A stretch of DNA of 64,000 nt from Hyaloraphidium curvatum SAG 235-1 (taxonomy: Eukaryota > Fungi > Monoblepharomycota), in assembly GCA_025558095.1 (NCBI GenBank), contig JAIVFI010000027.1:186001-250000 (forward strand), given 5' to 3'. Position 1 is the stretch's first letter; each line of letters starts with the position of its first letter. Below the pieces are notes generated by a model that worked only from the letters and a program-made list of their open reading frames with translations, did not search any database and was not told where the DNA came from. Shown here in pieces: positions 1 through 11,695 of the stretch. The translations under genes were made by a program, and so were the position numbers.

Positions 1-966
1 CGAGGCGAAGCTTGGTGCGGCACCGTTCGACACATCGCGGATCCAGGCGTGAGGGTACTTCAAGTGGCTCAGGACCCCCCGCGGCCGGGAAGGAGGCATC
101 GGGAGCATCATGGCACGCAGCCATTCGTTAACACGTTCCGGCTCGGCCGCGTCAAGAACGATCCGGGCGACGGCCGCGGAGCGGGCACGGAAGAGAAGCG
201 GAGGCCCATCCAGGGTGCCGCTCGGCGAAGGAGCAAAGCGGAAAATCTCATCAGGGTGTTGGGCCACGGTGAGACCGAGCATGGTCCGCAGTGCTGGCAC
301 CATATCGTTCGAGGTAGGCACAGCGGAGTAGTTCGATTTGCCGTGCCGCAGGGTGTCGACGATGATGATCCCTCCGAGTCCTCCCAGCACGTCCCGGAGC
401 AGGTCGGCGTAGATAGCAGGGTTGGCATCGATATCGGCCGCCAGCGAGCCTCGAGTAAGGAGCACGTCCTCATAGCCGGAACAAGGCTCTCGGAACAGAA
501 AGGTCGTGAAAAGGGACGTGCGGGTGTCAAGCAACCACTCGGCCGTCCGCGGCTGTCGACCCAGGAAGGCCGCCAACAGGGCGTCTCCCGCGTCCATCGG
601 CAGCCCAGCCTCGTCACGCCACCATTTCAGGAACGAGAGGTTGCCGGCATAGGCCGCCAGCGTCGACGGTTGTATGAGGGAGACGTCGGCGTCCGAATTG
701 GGGTCCGCACGCGCCGCGATGTCAAACTCGAGCCTCCTCGCGGCGTCCAAAAGTCCGGCGGTGTCTAGCAGGCGTGCAGAGCAGGACTCGAGGTGCCCCG
801 ACAAGGTTTGCGGGCCCGGCACCCCTCCTCCGCAGCGGACCGCGCAGGTCGCCGCCGCGGCACACATAGGCAAGTCCAGCCCACGCAGCCGGTAGAGGAG
901 TACACGCAGCGCATCTTCGGCACCCCTCCGAGGCGCCAAGAACTTTGTGACCCCCAGGAAGTGCAT
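1..966 (-). CDS. Hypothetical protein, 3'-truncated by window edge (MHFLGVTKFLAPRRG...DTAGLLDAARRLEFD...)
   Basis: Minus-strand frame is open from ATG 966 to the window start; it is the antisense of ORF 49..768. It may contain an in-frame intron near the 5' end. No family recognised. Confidence 0.6.
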   Translation of the reverse strand, partial: MHFLGVTKFLAPRRGAEDALRVLLYRLRGLDLPMCAAAATCAVRCGGGVPGPQTLSGHLESCSARLLDTAGLLDAARRLEFDIAARADPNSDADVSLIQPSTLAAYAGNLSFLKWWRDEAGLPMDAGDALLAAFLGRQPRTAEWLLDTRTSLFTTFLFREPCSGYEDVLLTRGSLAADIDANPAIYADLLRDVLGGLGGIIIVDTLRHGKSNYSAVPTSNDMVPALRTMLGLTVAQHPDEIFRFAPSPSGTLDGPPLLFRARSAAVARIVLDAAEPERVNEWLRAMMLPMPPSRPRGVLSHLKYPHAWIRDVSNGAAPSFAS

Positions 967-1186
967 TTTCTTTGGGAAGCTACCAACATGTGATACGATG
1001 ACGGACCGCCGATCCCGCCGGCCGCCGATCCGTCGATCCAAAATGCCCGCAATGGTTCATATTCGAGATATGGTACGCTTTAGAATGCTTCGGAATATCA
1101 GAGGGCGTGTCCCAGATTGTGGATGTACACGGTCTTATTGGCAATCAAGGCTACGAGTACAGCATGCTTCTGGTACATGCAGAGAG

Positions 1187-1873
1187 TCAAGCTGCGGGTG
1201 CTTCGACGGCCGCCACTGCTTTCTCCAGCTCTTGCGTCCTGTCCTGTCCAATCTCTTCCGCTATCACCTTGATCGCGGCCTCGTACACCGCCGGGGGTGC
1301 GGCAGCCCGGAACGCAGCCAGGACCGCCGCATTTTCGGCCGTCCTCCTTGCGGGAACGATGTAGCGGAACCACAGGAGCAAAGTATCGGGCGACATCTCC
1401 CCCATGATTCCGATCTGGTGCTGGACGAGCTCGGCGTCCGTAAAGTGCTCCATCATGTGCTTCTCGATCGTGGCTTCCTCGTGGGCCATGTGGAGGAGGT
1501 ATGTGCCGTGATACTCGGCCATGGCGGCTGCGAAAGCGTCGAGGCCGGAGACGGCGGGGTCCGCTGCGGCTGTCTCGGGGTCGAGCGCCTCAAGCTTGGC
1601 CTCGAGGGCGTCCAGCTCCGCTTCGAGAGCGGCGTGGTCATCGTCTGCCCCTGCGGCCACAAGGTGCGGCACTCGATCGGCGAGGGGATTGAGGATCCAC
1701 TTTTCCTCGGTCGCTGCGTGGTCACGGAGGAGTCGGGCAGCGTCGGCGAAGCGGGAGCGGAGGCGGGCGACGTCGGCGGCCGACGACGCCGAGCCCGCAA
1801 GGAGGGAGACTTGGGAGAGAGCGTTGCGCAGGCCGCGGTGCGGCGGGTCGAGCGGGCGGAGCGTGGCGGGCAT
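1187..1873 (-). CDS. Hemerythrin/HHE cation-binding domain protein (bacterial-type, intronless)
   Basis: Metal-ligand pattern H(RGLR)...H-x3-EE (HAATEE)...DH...H-x3-EE (HMAHEE) in a helical protein. Confidence 0.8.
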   Translation of the reverse strand: MPATLRPLDPPHRGLRNALSQVSLLAGSASSAADVARLRSRFADAARLLRDHAATEEKWILNPLADRVPHLVAAGADDDHAALEAELDALEAKLEALDPETAAADPAVSGLDAFAAAMAEYHGTYLLHMAHEEATIEKHMMEHFTDAELVQHQIGIMGEMSPDTLLLWFRYIVPARRTAENAAVLAAFRAAAPPAVYEAAIKVIAEEIGQDRTQELEKAVAAVEAPAA

Positions 1874-2200
1874 GGTTCTGTGTGCTCAGAGGGAGGGGAT
1901 GCAGACTGCTGTTTCGGCGACTCGGATTGCGGGTTCTGTAACGGCCGCCAACAGGGTGCTTTATACTCCTTCCGGAGGCGCAGCGCACAGCTTCTGAGGG
2001 GGTTCCGCCGCAGAAACCCCGGAAGGGGCTCCGCCACGCCGAGAACTCTACCCAACCCTCGTTTTTCGCAAGGTCCCCTACGCAGCGTCCCACGCCAACC
2101 CGAATGCTCGCTTGCGCCGTAGCTATCCAGATGCGCTACAATTAGAACCAAATCACTTCAAATCGATTAAACTATGGATCCATCGCCTGCATTGGGTCCG

Positions 2201-2953
2201 TCACGCCGCCTGCCCGATCTCCGCGAGGTACTCCGTCTTCCGACAGCATCCCACGCCCACTTGGACGTTCGAAAACTCGCTCCAGAATACCAGTTGCCTC
2301 TCCAGCTCCACCTCGCTCTCCGCAACAATCCCCTGGATCAATATCCTCCGCTCCGGCATCTCCCGCGCGACCGCCTCCCGCACGTTCGCCGTCATGCTTT
2401 CGAAAGTGCTGCTTGGTACCGCACCAGGATCCGTCATGACCAACGCGGAACACTTGCAGCCCAGCAAGGCGCAGTACATCCCCATGGCCGTCGGCCTGAC
2501 CGCCTCCACCTTCGGGAAGCGCCCCGCGGCGATCCACAGGGCCAGCGCGCCCTCGGTGCGGTCCACCAGGACGGCCTTCTCGACGCGCGAGAGCCGTGAG
2601 GACGAGTAGACGAGGAATTCCAGGGCCGCGAGGCCGGTTGCGTCCTCGGGAGCGAAGGGGCGCGAGAGGGCGTTCCAAATGCCGCGAGAGAGGACGAGTT
2701 CCCTCGGGCGGGTCTCCGAATCGCGCGGCAAGTCACGCAGATAGGTTTTAGCGCTGTCCAGGTTGCTCGGGGTGATTTCCAGGCAGCGGTGAAGCGCCGG
2801 TTCGGAGACGCGCCACAGGCGTCGGGAGGCGAGCAAGAGGCGCAGGAGGCTGGCGCGGAGCCTTAGCGCCCCGAAAGTCTCGGAGAGAAGCAGTAGAACT
2901 TCGTCCGGGAGGTCGAGCAGGCCGGAGAATGGAGGACAATGCATGGTTGGCAT
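2201..2953 (-). CDS. F-box-like protein
   Basis: N-terminal LLDLPDEVLLLL...LLLASRRLWRVSEPALHRCL is an F-box-like motif. ATG 2953 (or 2944). Confidence 0.6.
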   Translation of the reverse strand: MPTMHCPPFSGLLDLPDEVLLLLSETFGALRLRASLLRLLLASRRLWRVSEPALHRCLEITPSNLDSAKTYLRDLPRDSETRPRELVLSRGIWNALSRPFAPEDATGLAALEFLVYSSSRLSRVEKAVLVDRTEGALALWIAAGRFPKVEAVRPTAMGMYCALLGCKCSALVMTDPGAVPSSTFESMTANVREAVAREMPERRILIQGIVAESEVELERQLVFWSEFSNVQVGVGCCRKTEYLAEIGQAA

Positions 2954-3045
2954 GGTTAACCTTTTATGTGTCGGTGTGCTCGAGAAGCCACCACCCGTCA
3001 AACGCGGCTCGAAGCAAACATCCACGCGAGAGCACCCGCTGTATT

Positions 3046-5823
3046 TCACGGGCTGTGCCCGCCGTCCCTGCTCGAGAGGAGCGAATCTGCGATCCTGCCG
3101 GCCCCAAAAGGCCCTTTTGACAGTTCCTCGTCCACCTCCGACTCCCTGCCGAGATCAAGCGACGCGCTCGCCGACCCCAGCAGCTCCGCCGCATCCGCCT
3201 CGAGCCCCTCCACCAGCGCGGCCAGGTGCACCCCCAGCGCCGCGTCCACGCAGGCCATCAGCCCATTCCGCGAATCCAGCGCGGACCCGTCCCCGACCGC
3301 CCGCCGCACCGACGCCAGGATGGCCCTCGGCCCGTCCCCGGTGAACAGCGCGCGCGACGCCACCACGATCGCGTCCGTCCCCGGGTGCTTCTCCCTCTCC
3401 CCCGCATCTTCCGCCCCCCTCGCGGCGCGGGGCGGCCCGAAAAGCACCAGCTGCCTCCTCGAATCCAGCGCCCCCAGCACCGTGCCCAACCGGAGCACCG
3501 TCCCCGCCCCCGGATCGTCCGCGACGCCCGCCGCCCTCCCCCCCGCCGCGGCATCCGCCCACGCGCTGACGAGCGTCGCCGCCATCCGCAGCCCGGCGCC
3601 CATCCGCGCCACGAGCTCCGGGTTCCTGGGGCCGCGGAACCGCGGCTCGGCCTTGGAAAAGACGATGGCCTGCCCCGCCCTCCGCACGCACGCGTGCACC
3701 GAATCCGCCAGCCCGCCCGCCTCGGCCGCCGCCCGGTCCACCCCGTCCCCCGCGCCCCTCTCGACCCCCGCGCGGACGACCCGCATCCGGAGCACCGCGA
3801 ACGCCAGCGCGTGACCTGCAGCGGCCAGCGCCTGCCCCGCCGCGTCGGCGGCCAGCTTGGGTCCGACGAGGTGGCAGCTCAGCAGGCCCACCAGCGCGCC
3901 CAGGGCCGTCTGGGCAAAGGTCGAGCCGATGTAGGTCGCGTACGGCGGGGAGTTGGGGGGGTACAGGACGTACGAGGAGACGGCAAAGACGGCGACGATG
4001 CCCGCGCCGGCGCCGGCGCCGGGAAGGCGGGCGAGCGCGGCAAAGGGGGCGGCGAGCGCGGCGACGACGCCGAAGCTGGTCCATGCGGCGCGGTAGCCCC
4101 CCGAGGCGGCGAACCCCGCCCAGGAGATGAGCAGGCCCGGGAGCACGGCGGCCACGCGGATGAGGAAGGTCGCGTTGGCCTTGCCCAGCCAGACGGAGGA
4201 AAAGACGAAGGAGGCGCCGATGAAGGCGTTGATGAAGCTGAGGCTGGGGAGGGAGAAGGTCTGCGCGAGGACGAGGACAAAGGTGAAGGAGAGCACGGCG
4301 CGGGCGGCGGTGCGCGCCGATTCGTGCGAGAGGGCACGGCCGGCGATGACCAGGGGGGAGCGGGGGTCGGGCCCGGGGAGGGTGAATGAGAGCGGGGTCG
4401 GAGGGTCCAACGTGGGCGGCCGGCGCAGCGTCCCGAAGTTGGGCAGGCCGTTCCCGGCCGAACCGTTGCCCGTGGAGCCCGTGCCGTTCGTCCGGACCTC
4501 CTCCAAGGGCACACCTTTGTCGCCTTTCCCGCGCCGCCTGCCCATGCAGGCGCACCAGGATCGAGACCCGCCCGCGGCCGCCGTACGCGCGAGCTCCTGC
4601 GCTGCCGAAGCCGCCCAGGCCACGCCGGTGCTGAGCACCAGCAGGGTGCTGGCAAACACCACGCCGGCCTCGGAATCCGTCGCGTCGAACCCGTGCGCGC
4701 GAAGGGAGGCGACAGTTTGCGAGTCCATCTCGCGCACCGCGGAGGATACCTCGGCAGGTTCCGGGGAGGCCGGGTCGCCCGTCCGCCCGAGGATGGCGGA
4801 CCTCGCCGCCCGGAGGTTCATCCTGGCCGTGCGCAGGACCTCCTGCATCGCCCCCGCGACCTCGCCGAGCACCCACTTTTCCGCGCCCTCCCCACCCCGG
4901 TCGAGGGCCGCGACCGCCGCAGCCTGCATGCTCTCGACCTCGAGGAACTGCGCCGCCAGGAGCATCTGGTGCGCCGCGGGTCCCAGCGCCGCCAAGGGCC
5001 CGGGCACGAAGCGGGTTTCGAGGGCAACCATGGAGGCGGTCTCGAGGAGGGCGTCCATGGCGCGGCGGTCGGCGCCGAGGCGCGCGGCGGCCCCGTCGCG
5101 TTCGTCCTTCAGGACGGTGGGGTCCGCGGGCGGGCCGGAGGCGGCGGCGATGCGCGCCGCGCATTTGGCGAGGTTGGCGTCAATGGCGGCGGTGGCGTCG
5201 TCCAGCTGCTGCCGGAAGCGCGAGGCGTTCGAAGGCGTGCCGAGCAGCGGACCGACGAGCAGGCGCCAGAAGATGATGACGCCCACGGCGGCGGAGAGCG
5301 AGCGCAGCAGCGAGACGGGGAACTGCCCCATGGCGTCGAAGGGCGGCCTGAGCGAGAAGCCGACGGCGGTCATTGCGGCCGAGAGCACGAACGCGCCGGC
5401 GAACGAGGCGCCCCACACCGGCGGCACGGCGTTTGCGGCCACGGCCGACAGCGAGCCCGTGGCCAGCACCAGCATGGCGGCGGCGGGCGGGGCGGCCACA
5501 GCGAGGGCCATTCCCGCGAGCCCGAGCGCGGCGGCGACGGCGCCCGCCGCCAGCGTCGCGCCGCACAGGGCGAGAACGATTGCGGGCGAGTATGCGGTGC
5601 CGCGCGGCGAGAAGATCGACGCGGCGCACGCGAGCGGCAGGAGCACCGACGCCGCGCCGAATGCGCCGCGGAGGTCGTCGTACGTCCACAGCGCGAGGCC
5701 CGACGAGACGACGCACGCGTCGACGACCGCGAGGGCGAGCGCCGGCCGCGCCATCTCCACGCCGAGCACCGTCCGCGGCCGCCGCCGCGCGGGCGGGTCG
5801 AGCGGCGGCACGGCGGAGGACAT
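3046..5823 (-). CDS. Polytopic membrane protein, FUSC/ArAE/ALMT-like duplicated architecture
   Basis: Two blocks of 5-6 hydrophobic helices, each followed by a helical soluble domain (e.g. ...ALGALVGLLSCHLVGP..., FSKAEPRFRGP). Likely start MSSAVPP at 5823. Confidence 0.6.
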   Translation of the reverse strand: MSSAVPPLDPPARRRPRTVLGVEMARPALALAVVDACVVSSGLALWTYDDLRGAFGAASVLLPLACAASIFSPRGTAYSPAIVLALCGATLAAGAVAAALGLAGMALAVAAPPAAAMLVLATGSLSAVAANAVPPVWGASFAGAFVLSAAMTAVGFSLRPPFDAMGQFPVSLLRSLSAAVGVIIFWRLLVGPLLGTPSNASRFRQQLDDATAAIDANLAKCAARIAAASGPPADPTVLKDERDGAAARLGADRRAMDALLETASMVALETRFVPGPLAALGPAAHQMLLAAQFLEVESMQAAAVAALDRGGEGAEKWVLGEVAGAMQEVLRTARMNLRAARSAILGRTGDPASPEPAEVSSAVREMDSQTVASLRAHGFDATDSEAGVVFASTLLVLSTGVAWAASAAQELARTAAAGGSRSWCACMGRRRGKGDKGVPLEEVRTNGTGSTGNGSAGNGLPNFGTLRRPPTLDPPTPLSFTLPGPDPRSPLVIAGRALSHESARTAARAVLSFTFVLVLAQTFSLPSLSFINAFIGASFVFSSVWLGKANATFLIRVAAVLPGLLISWAGFAASGGYRAAWTSFGVVAALAAPFAALARLPGAGAGAGIVAVFAVSSYVLYPPNSPPYATYIGSTFAQTALGALVGLLSCHLVGPKLAADAAGQALAAAGHALAFAVLRMRVVRAGVERGAGDGVDRAAAEAGGLADSVHACVRRAGQAIVFSKAEPRFRGPRNPELVARMGAGLRMAATLVSAWADAAAGGRAAGVADDPGAGTVLRLGTVLGALDSRRQLVLFGPPRAARGAEDAGEREKHPGTDAIVVASRALFTGDGPRAILASVRRAVGDGSALDSRNGLMACVDAALGVHLAALVEGLEADAAELLGSASASLDLGRESEVDEELSKGPFGAGRIADSLLSSRDGGHSP

Positions 5824-5966
5824 GGGGCGTCCGGCGTCCGAATCTCCCGGGGCACTCGGGGCGGCGCAAAAGCGCGCCTCTTGGGAGGTCCCAGAACGAA
5901 GCCCCGACACAAATAGCTCCTAGTTCGCTCTGCTCTGGCGCTCTCTCCGCATCTCCGGCATTCGGC

Positions 5967-7080
5967 ATGGCCACCGAGATCATCGCCCTCACCCCCGGCA
6001 GCGGGCGCCGCCCGCCGCTGATCCACACCGTGCGCCTCGAGGCCAAGAGCGCCGGGGCCTGGATCCCCGTCCCGCTCCAGGACATCTCGCAGACGTCGCA
6101 GGACGGCAGCAGGGTCACCGCGTCCGTGGACGTCGTCACCCTGGGCAGCTTGATCCGCGGCGAGGACGGCGAGCCCGGGGAGGGTGCCCGAGAGGCCACG
6201 ATCAGGCTGCTCGCGTGCACAAAGGCCCAAGGGGACGGGGAGTGGGGCCAGGACGGCAGGGCGCGGGTGGTGACCAACGCCTTCGTGGACGGCCGCAAAC
6301 TCCCCCAGAGCTGGAAGGATCCCGGTGAGGAGGCCGTGATCGACTCTGTGCGTGCTCCTCCCCATCGCTCGTTGCTTGCATGCTGACCGTCGCCAGTACG
6401 AGGACCGCAAGGGCACGGAGAAGCCCCTCACGATCGGCTGGGTGGACTACCAGGAGCGCCAGCTGGACCCCGCGCATTACGACGCCGTGCGCAGGGTGTA
6501 CGGCGAGATGGGCACCATCAAGCTGCGCGTGAACGTGTGGAGGCGCGCGGGCGAGCGCATGGTGAAGGCCAGGAAGCCCGCCAAGAAGACCGCCGCCGCC
6601 AGGACGCCGCCCGCCGGCGATGCGCCCGCCGCCGCGCCGGACGCGAAGATGGACGCGGAGCCCCTGCGTGCCATGCGCTCCCGCGGCATCGTGCCCAAGA
6701 AGGGCATGAAGCACTCGCCCTACGCCAGCGCCAGGTACGTGCCGGACAGCTCTTTACCGCGCGGTCGCGCTGATCCCGCGTCTATCGCCAGGTTCGACGA
6801 CGGCGATTCCGCGGACGAGGAGCCCGCCGTCCCCGCCGGCGACGTTCCCGGCGCCGCGACCGAGCCGGAGCCCGCCGCGGACTCCCCTGCCGGGACCAAT
6901 CCCAACGCCGGACCGGACGGGCACGCTCCGCCCAAGGTCAAGGTCTCCGTGGGCTACACCAGCAACTGCCTGGCTTCGTTCGCCATCTACTACGGGCGGG
7001 AACCGCCGGCTCCGCGCATCAAGTTGGGGATGCCCCAGGGGGTGCAGGAGGTGGAGGGGGTGCTCGTGATCGAGGACTAG
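5967..7080 (+). CDS. Hypothetical protein, 2 exons
   Basis: ATG 5967. Phase-0 intron 6348-6396 (GTGCGT...GCTGAC...CAG) joins the end of ORF 5373..6386 to ORF 6352..7080. Confidence 0.7.
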
Positions 7081-7192
7081 TGCGTTCGTTATTGCGTTCC
7101 CGTTATATGTCAAATCAGCAGTGCACCGAATCAATACATGTGTGTGCCCGTCGTGTGGACGAATGCAAACACCATGCCATCGGTCCGTCAGG

Positions 7193-8227
7193 TCACTCTG
7201 CACTGGAAGACCCGCCACCAGAACCTTGATCCCGCTTGGCAGCGTTTCCCTTCCCTGGAGGCGCGCATTGTGCCTTGCGGCGGGGCCAGTCCTCCCGTTG
7301 GCACTCTGGGGAGCAGTAGAATGCCAGGGCGCAGCGCGAGCATCGCCGCAACTCCCGCTGCACGTCCCTCGACGTCTTGCCGCACTTGTGGCACCCCGAA
7401 AGCAGCGTCACGGGCAGGTCCGTCGAATCGGGCGAGCCGTCTTTCTTCATGTACGCGAGCGCGGCCTTGATGACGCCCACCGTGCAGTTCGCGCAGTACG
7501 GGAACGCAAAGATGGTCACGGAGGCCACCCCTCCGGTTCGTGGAACTGGAATGGCTGGAAGTCCTTTGCTTTCCCGCCGCACCGCACGCAATCCGGTTTC
7601 AGGGAAAGGAAGTGCTTGACAGCGAGCTTGAGCCCCTCCGAGTCTCGCGCGATTTTGGAGAGCTCCTCGGGCTGGTCGATGAGCGCGGCGTCGACCTGCA
7701 GCCGAGCGCGGCGCTCGTCCGGGTGGAAACCCGGGGGAGATCCCTTCTGCAGGGAGGAGCAGAACCTGCTAGAGGTCGAGCGGATGCCTGGCACTGCCGT
7801 GCACGGGCTCCGGCCTCCGCGCATCGCCGATCCGCCTCTTGCCCTCCTTGGTCAGATTGGCCTTTGCCTTTGTTTGGCACGCCTCGGATCCGCAGACGAG
7901 CTGCAGCTCCGTGATCGTGATCCCGTGCGGGTTGGTCACCCCCGGGTGATCCCCTTGGGCGACGGTCACGGCCGGCTTCCTACACTGAAAGCATCTTCTC
8001 GAGGACGGCCCCTCGGAGGCCATGTACCTTTTGACCTCAATAGTGGCAAACTCGTCGGCGATGTCCAAGATCAGTCGTTCCACGGTGGTGTCGCGGAGCC
8101 GGGAGACAGGGACGGGAAGCGGGCGCGAGGTCCAGCGATTCTGACGGGTGGCTCCATCGAGGATGTTGAGGTACATGCGGCCCGGCTGCGCATTGGAGAG
8201 GTCGCGCATTGGCTCGGTGGCCGCCAT
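7193..8227 (-). CDS. MYND-type zinc finger protein with an apparent frameshift (pseudogene or sequence error)
   Basis: C-terminal CHKC...CSRC...YCSPECQREDW..K..C is a MYND finger, with two upstream CxxC..C pairs. A 58-nt GTGCAC..CTGCAG intron joins segments 1 and 2. Segments 2 and 3 join only by a 1-nt shift at the C-run 7528-7531. Confidence 0.65.
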
Positions 8228-8313
8228 CTCCAGGGGACCCGGCGGGGCGATCAGTTGGCGGGACCCAGTAAACAAACCGTAAACAATCTCGTACCGTTGA
8301 AATCCTCTAGAAA

Positions 8314-10099
8314 ATGCCGTACTACTCGAAGAAATGGGATCCCTCGCGGCCGGACACGGGCATCGACGGCGACGAAGTGCTGAATCCCTCGGTCCTGCGC
8401 CTGAACCGCGCCGTGGCCAGGTTCAAGGCCCGCGAGATTGCCGCGGACCCTGCGCCAAAGTCCTCGGCTGCCGCGCTCCGCCTGCTTGCCGTCGACAAGC
8501 TCAAGCAGGCGGCGGCGAAGCTCAAGGCCGGCGACTGGGAGCCGACGTCGGACATTGACGCTTCGCCGCTGGCGCTCCTCACCGACTCGTTCCTGATCGA
8601 CGACAAGGCTTACGGGATCCACGTAGACCTCATGCGCGATCTGGACACGATCCTGCGGAAGGAGCGCGTGTTCCGCAACGCTCCCGAATACGGGAGCTCG
8701 GCCTCGAGCGCGGCGCGCGCCGTCAGGGGCGTGCTCGAGGCCGAAGGATGGGACAAGGCGCGGATGGCGGCCGACCACTTTGTGCGGAAGGAAGTCTGCG
8801 CCGCAATGATCTCCAAGGTGTCGCGGGACCTTGCCGGCGGGATCACGCGGCTGCAGAACGCGGTCGAGTTTGTCGACAAGTTCGCCGGCAAGGTCGATCC
8901 CGCGGCGCTGGCTCAGGAGGGTGGACGGGCCCTGCAGCCTCATTTAATTTTGGCGACAAAGGGCCTCCTGCTCGACTACGTGATCGAGCGGCCTGGGGAC
9001 GGACTACCAGGTGGCCCGCAAGGTGCTCGAGGTTGGCACCGTTCTGGCAAAGGACGTGCTCGCCTCGACCTCCAGCGGCATCTCGTCCTCCATCCTCGAC
9101 GATCCGGCGCTCCCCGCTTTCCACTTCTTGCCCCGCGCGAATGCCTACACCGCCCTTGCGGCGTTCCACTTTCGGCGCGCCTACATGTCGGGCTCGCCCG
9201 CGGGAACGGCGGGCAAGGTCGCCTTTTCGGACCACAGCTCCTTCCTTGCCGCGGCCGACAACTACCTGCTTGCGGCGTCGAACTTGCCCGACGACGACCC
9301 CAGCAAGCCGCACCACCTCTACAAGGCTGTGGACCAATACATCCACGCGGGATGGATCCCTTACGGCGCACTGAACCGGCTACAGCAGCTCGCCGAAAAG
9401 CACGAGGCTACCGCGACGATGATGTACGAAAGCGGCCGCGGAGACTTTGAGATGATCAACGCCAGCTTCAAGGCCCTCATGGCCCGTTATGGGCCTCTCA
9501 CAGAGCAGAACCGCGAAAAGGCAAAACCGCCCGCCGGTACACCTGGATCTCTCGCCCGTGGCACGGATGGAGCCGCATAAGCTGGACATGGCGCGGGGCG
9601 TGTCGGCGGAACCGAGGCCCGAAAAGGAGCTTGCCAACCTCCGCAAGGGGCTCGAGGACCTGGAAGCCGGATTTCCCGCCCTCGTGGAGCGCGCAAAGCT
9701 GGCCTCGGCTCCGGTCGTGCCCGTCGCGGCCGTCGGCGGCACGGCTTCAGGGTCCGACCCCGCCGCGGCCGCGGCCCGCCAGAAGCTCATCCGCTGCGCA
9801 AAGTGCAACAAGATCGACACCGACAAGAGCAATTTCAAGCGCTGCTCGCGTTGTCGGTCAGTTCATTACTGCAGCGAGAAATGCCAGAAGGACCACTGGA
9901 AGCTGCACAAGATGGCGTGTTTCACGGATTCGGACCGGCCGACTACCCCTATGGCTTACATCCCCAGTTCTGGCGAGGAGGCGATCGCAATCGGAGGGCC
10001 GGGTGGGGTGAACAGCGTGATCGATCTCTACAAGGCTGGAATCGGGGTGGAACCGAAGCCGCAGGAGGAGGCAGCACCGTGGTTATGTATGGTAAATGA
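8314..10099 (+). CDS. MYND-type zinc finger protein split over three frames (3' end uncertain)
   Basis: ORFs 8314.., 9011.. and 9489.. continue one another. MYND finger CAKC...CSRCRSVHYCSEKCQKDHWKLHKMAC at ~9794-9920. Frame changes at ~8985-9010 and ~9520-9537. Confidence 0.6.
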
Positions 10100-10207
10100 T
10101 CCTTATAACACCCATGTTTTGATTGCCTCGGTTGCTGTACAAGCTTTGGAAGCACGACTCTGCCTGCCTTACCACCTGCACTCCCCTTGCTGTCGTCAAT
10201 GCAGTTA

Positions 10208-11553
10208 TCAATCGTCCTTGGCGTCCACCATCGGCCCCCACTCCAGCACCCGCACCTCGTCCCCCACATGCACCAACCCTCCCCGCTTCTTCGCAAAAGC
10301 GTACACTCCGAAGCACGCCTTGGCCGGGCCAAGCGTCCATATTCCCCGGCGGTGCTTCTGCAGGGTGAGTAGGGGCTGCCGAGTCTGCGAAACGTCCGTC
10401 AGAACTAACTCGCAGGAACAACGCACGAAACTCACCGCCACGCCGCGATCGGGATCCGCCAGGGGCACGGTGCACCGCGTGCAGTTCATCGTGCCCAAGA
10501 ACTCTTCCCCTCCCAGCGCCACCCTCTTGAAACCGTCCTCCTCGAACGCCTCGGCGGGGTCCTGCCCGTTGTCGACCACCACGTTGGCACGGAACCGCCG
10601 CCGGTCCGAGAGGTTGGCGGCCTCGAGAGACTGCCCTTTTTCCGCCGCGTCGGAGGAGAGCATGCGGCCGAGGGCCGCGAACGAGGCCGTGCTGAGGATC
10701 ATGAAGGGGAAGGCGTCCGAGTTGGCGGTCTGCGGCGCGTACGGGTCCGGGAAGGCGGAAGTGGTTTCGAAGGAGGCAGCGGGAGGAGTGTATCGGTCCA
10801 GCGTTGGGCGGACAAAGTCGGGATCCTGTCAGCGGAGGATCCGTGAGCAAAGACCAACGCAGCGCCTGGTTGGAAGTTACCTGAACCATCAGCCGCACTT
10901 CCTTCCCAAGGTACTGCGAGAACCACTTCGCGACCTCGTCGCCTTCGTCGAGTCCCTGCGACGCGGGCAATCAGGACCCTGCGCAACCGTCCGAAAAGCC
11001 AAGATCACGAACCTGGTTGTCGCCGATGAACATGAAGTAGGTTGCCGGCGCGTCGCCGTCCTTCTTTTCCCTGGGGAACCGCACCCTCGCCTCCTGCATC
11101 CCCGGCGCGCGGAGCACGAGGTGGCCGCCGTCCTGGTACCCTCCGACGCCAGGCTTGAGCACCGCATCGTCGAATTCGATCGCAGTTTCGACGAGGGCCA
11201 GCGCAGGCGACTCGCGGAGGGTATGAATCTCCCACGGTTTCTCGGCATTGCCCGTTGCCGTGACGAGGACCCAGTTGCGGTCGAGAGGGAACCCGCAGTC
11301 CGAGATTCTGGCCTCGGAGACATCGATGCCTTGAAAAAGGGTCAGAAACGAGACCGAATCGTTCGCACTGTGCCCAACCTTTGCAGGATTTGACTGGGAA
11401 AATGGTGATGCTGCCAACGCGCCGCGGGATGTCTCGGCGGCGGCGGCGGCTCCCACCGCCGCCCGGCAGAGAGCGGTAAACAAAGTACGCTGCAGCAAGG
11501 CCGGCAGCAACCGCCGCGGCCTTGGCCAGCAGCTGTGCGCGTCCGTCGGCCAT
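10208..11553 (-). CDS. MOSC domain protein (mARC-like molybdoenzyme), ~5 exons
   Basis: N-terminal TM anchor; motifs ITIFPVKSCKG, DRNWVL, SDAFPFMILS, RRFRANVVV, CTRCTVP, FGVY..VHVGDEV. Exons are joined by short GT-AG introns. Confidence 0.9.
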
Positions 11554-11695
11554 GTTTGGGAGACAGTCCGTGGTCGACTCGTCGATCAGCTCGCGGCTGC
11601 GAACACTCTATTCGTCTATCGTTTATCGGTCTATCGGTATCGATGGGGATCGAGTCCAAAGCAAACGCGCGGCATTGATGGTATCGAAAACGGAA

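Noticed and set aside
9489-11393. 634-aa ORF as a single real protein
   Set aside because: Beyond ~10090 it is the antisense shadow of the spliced MOSC gene; only the MYND part looks coding.
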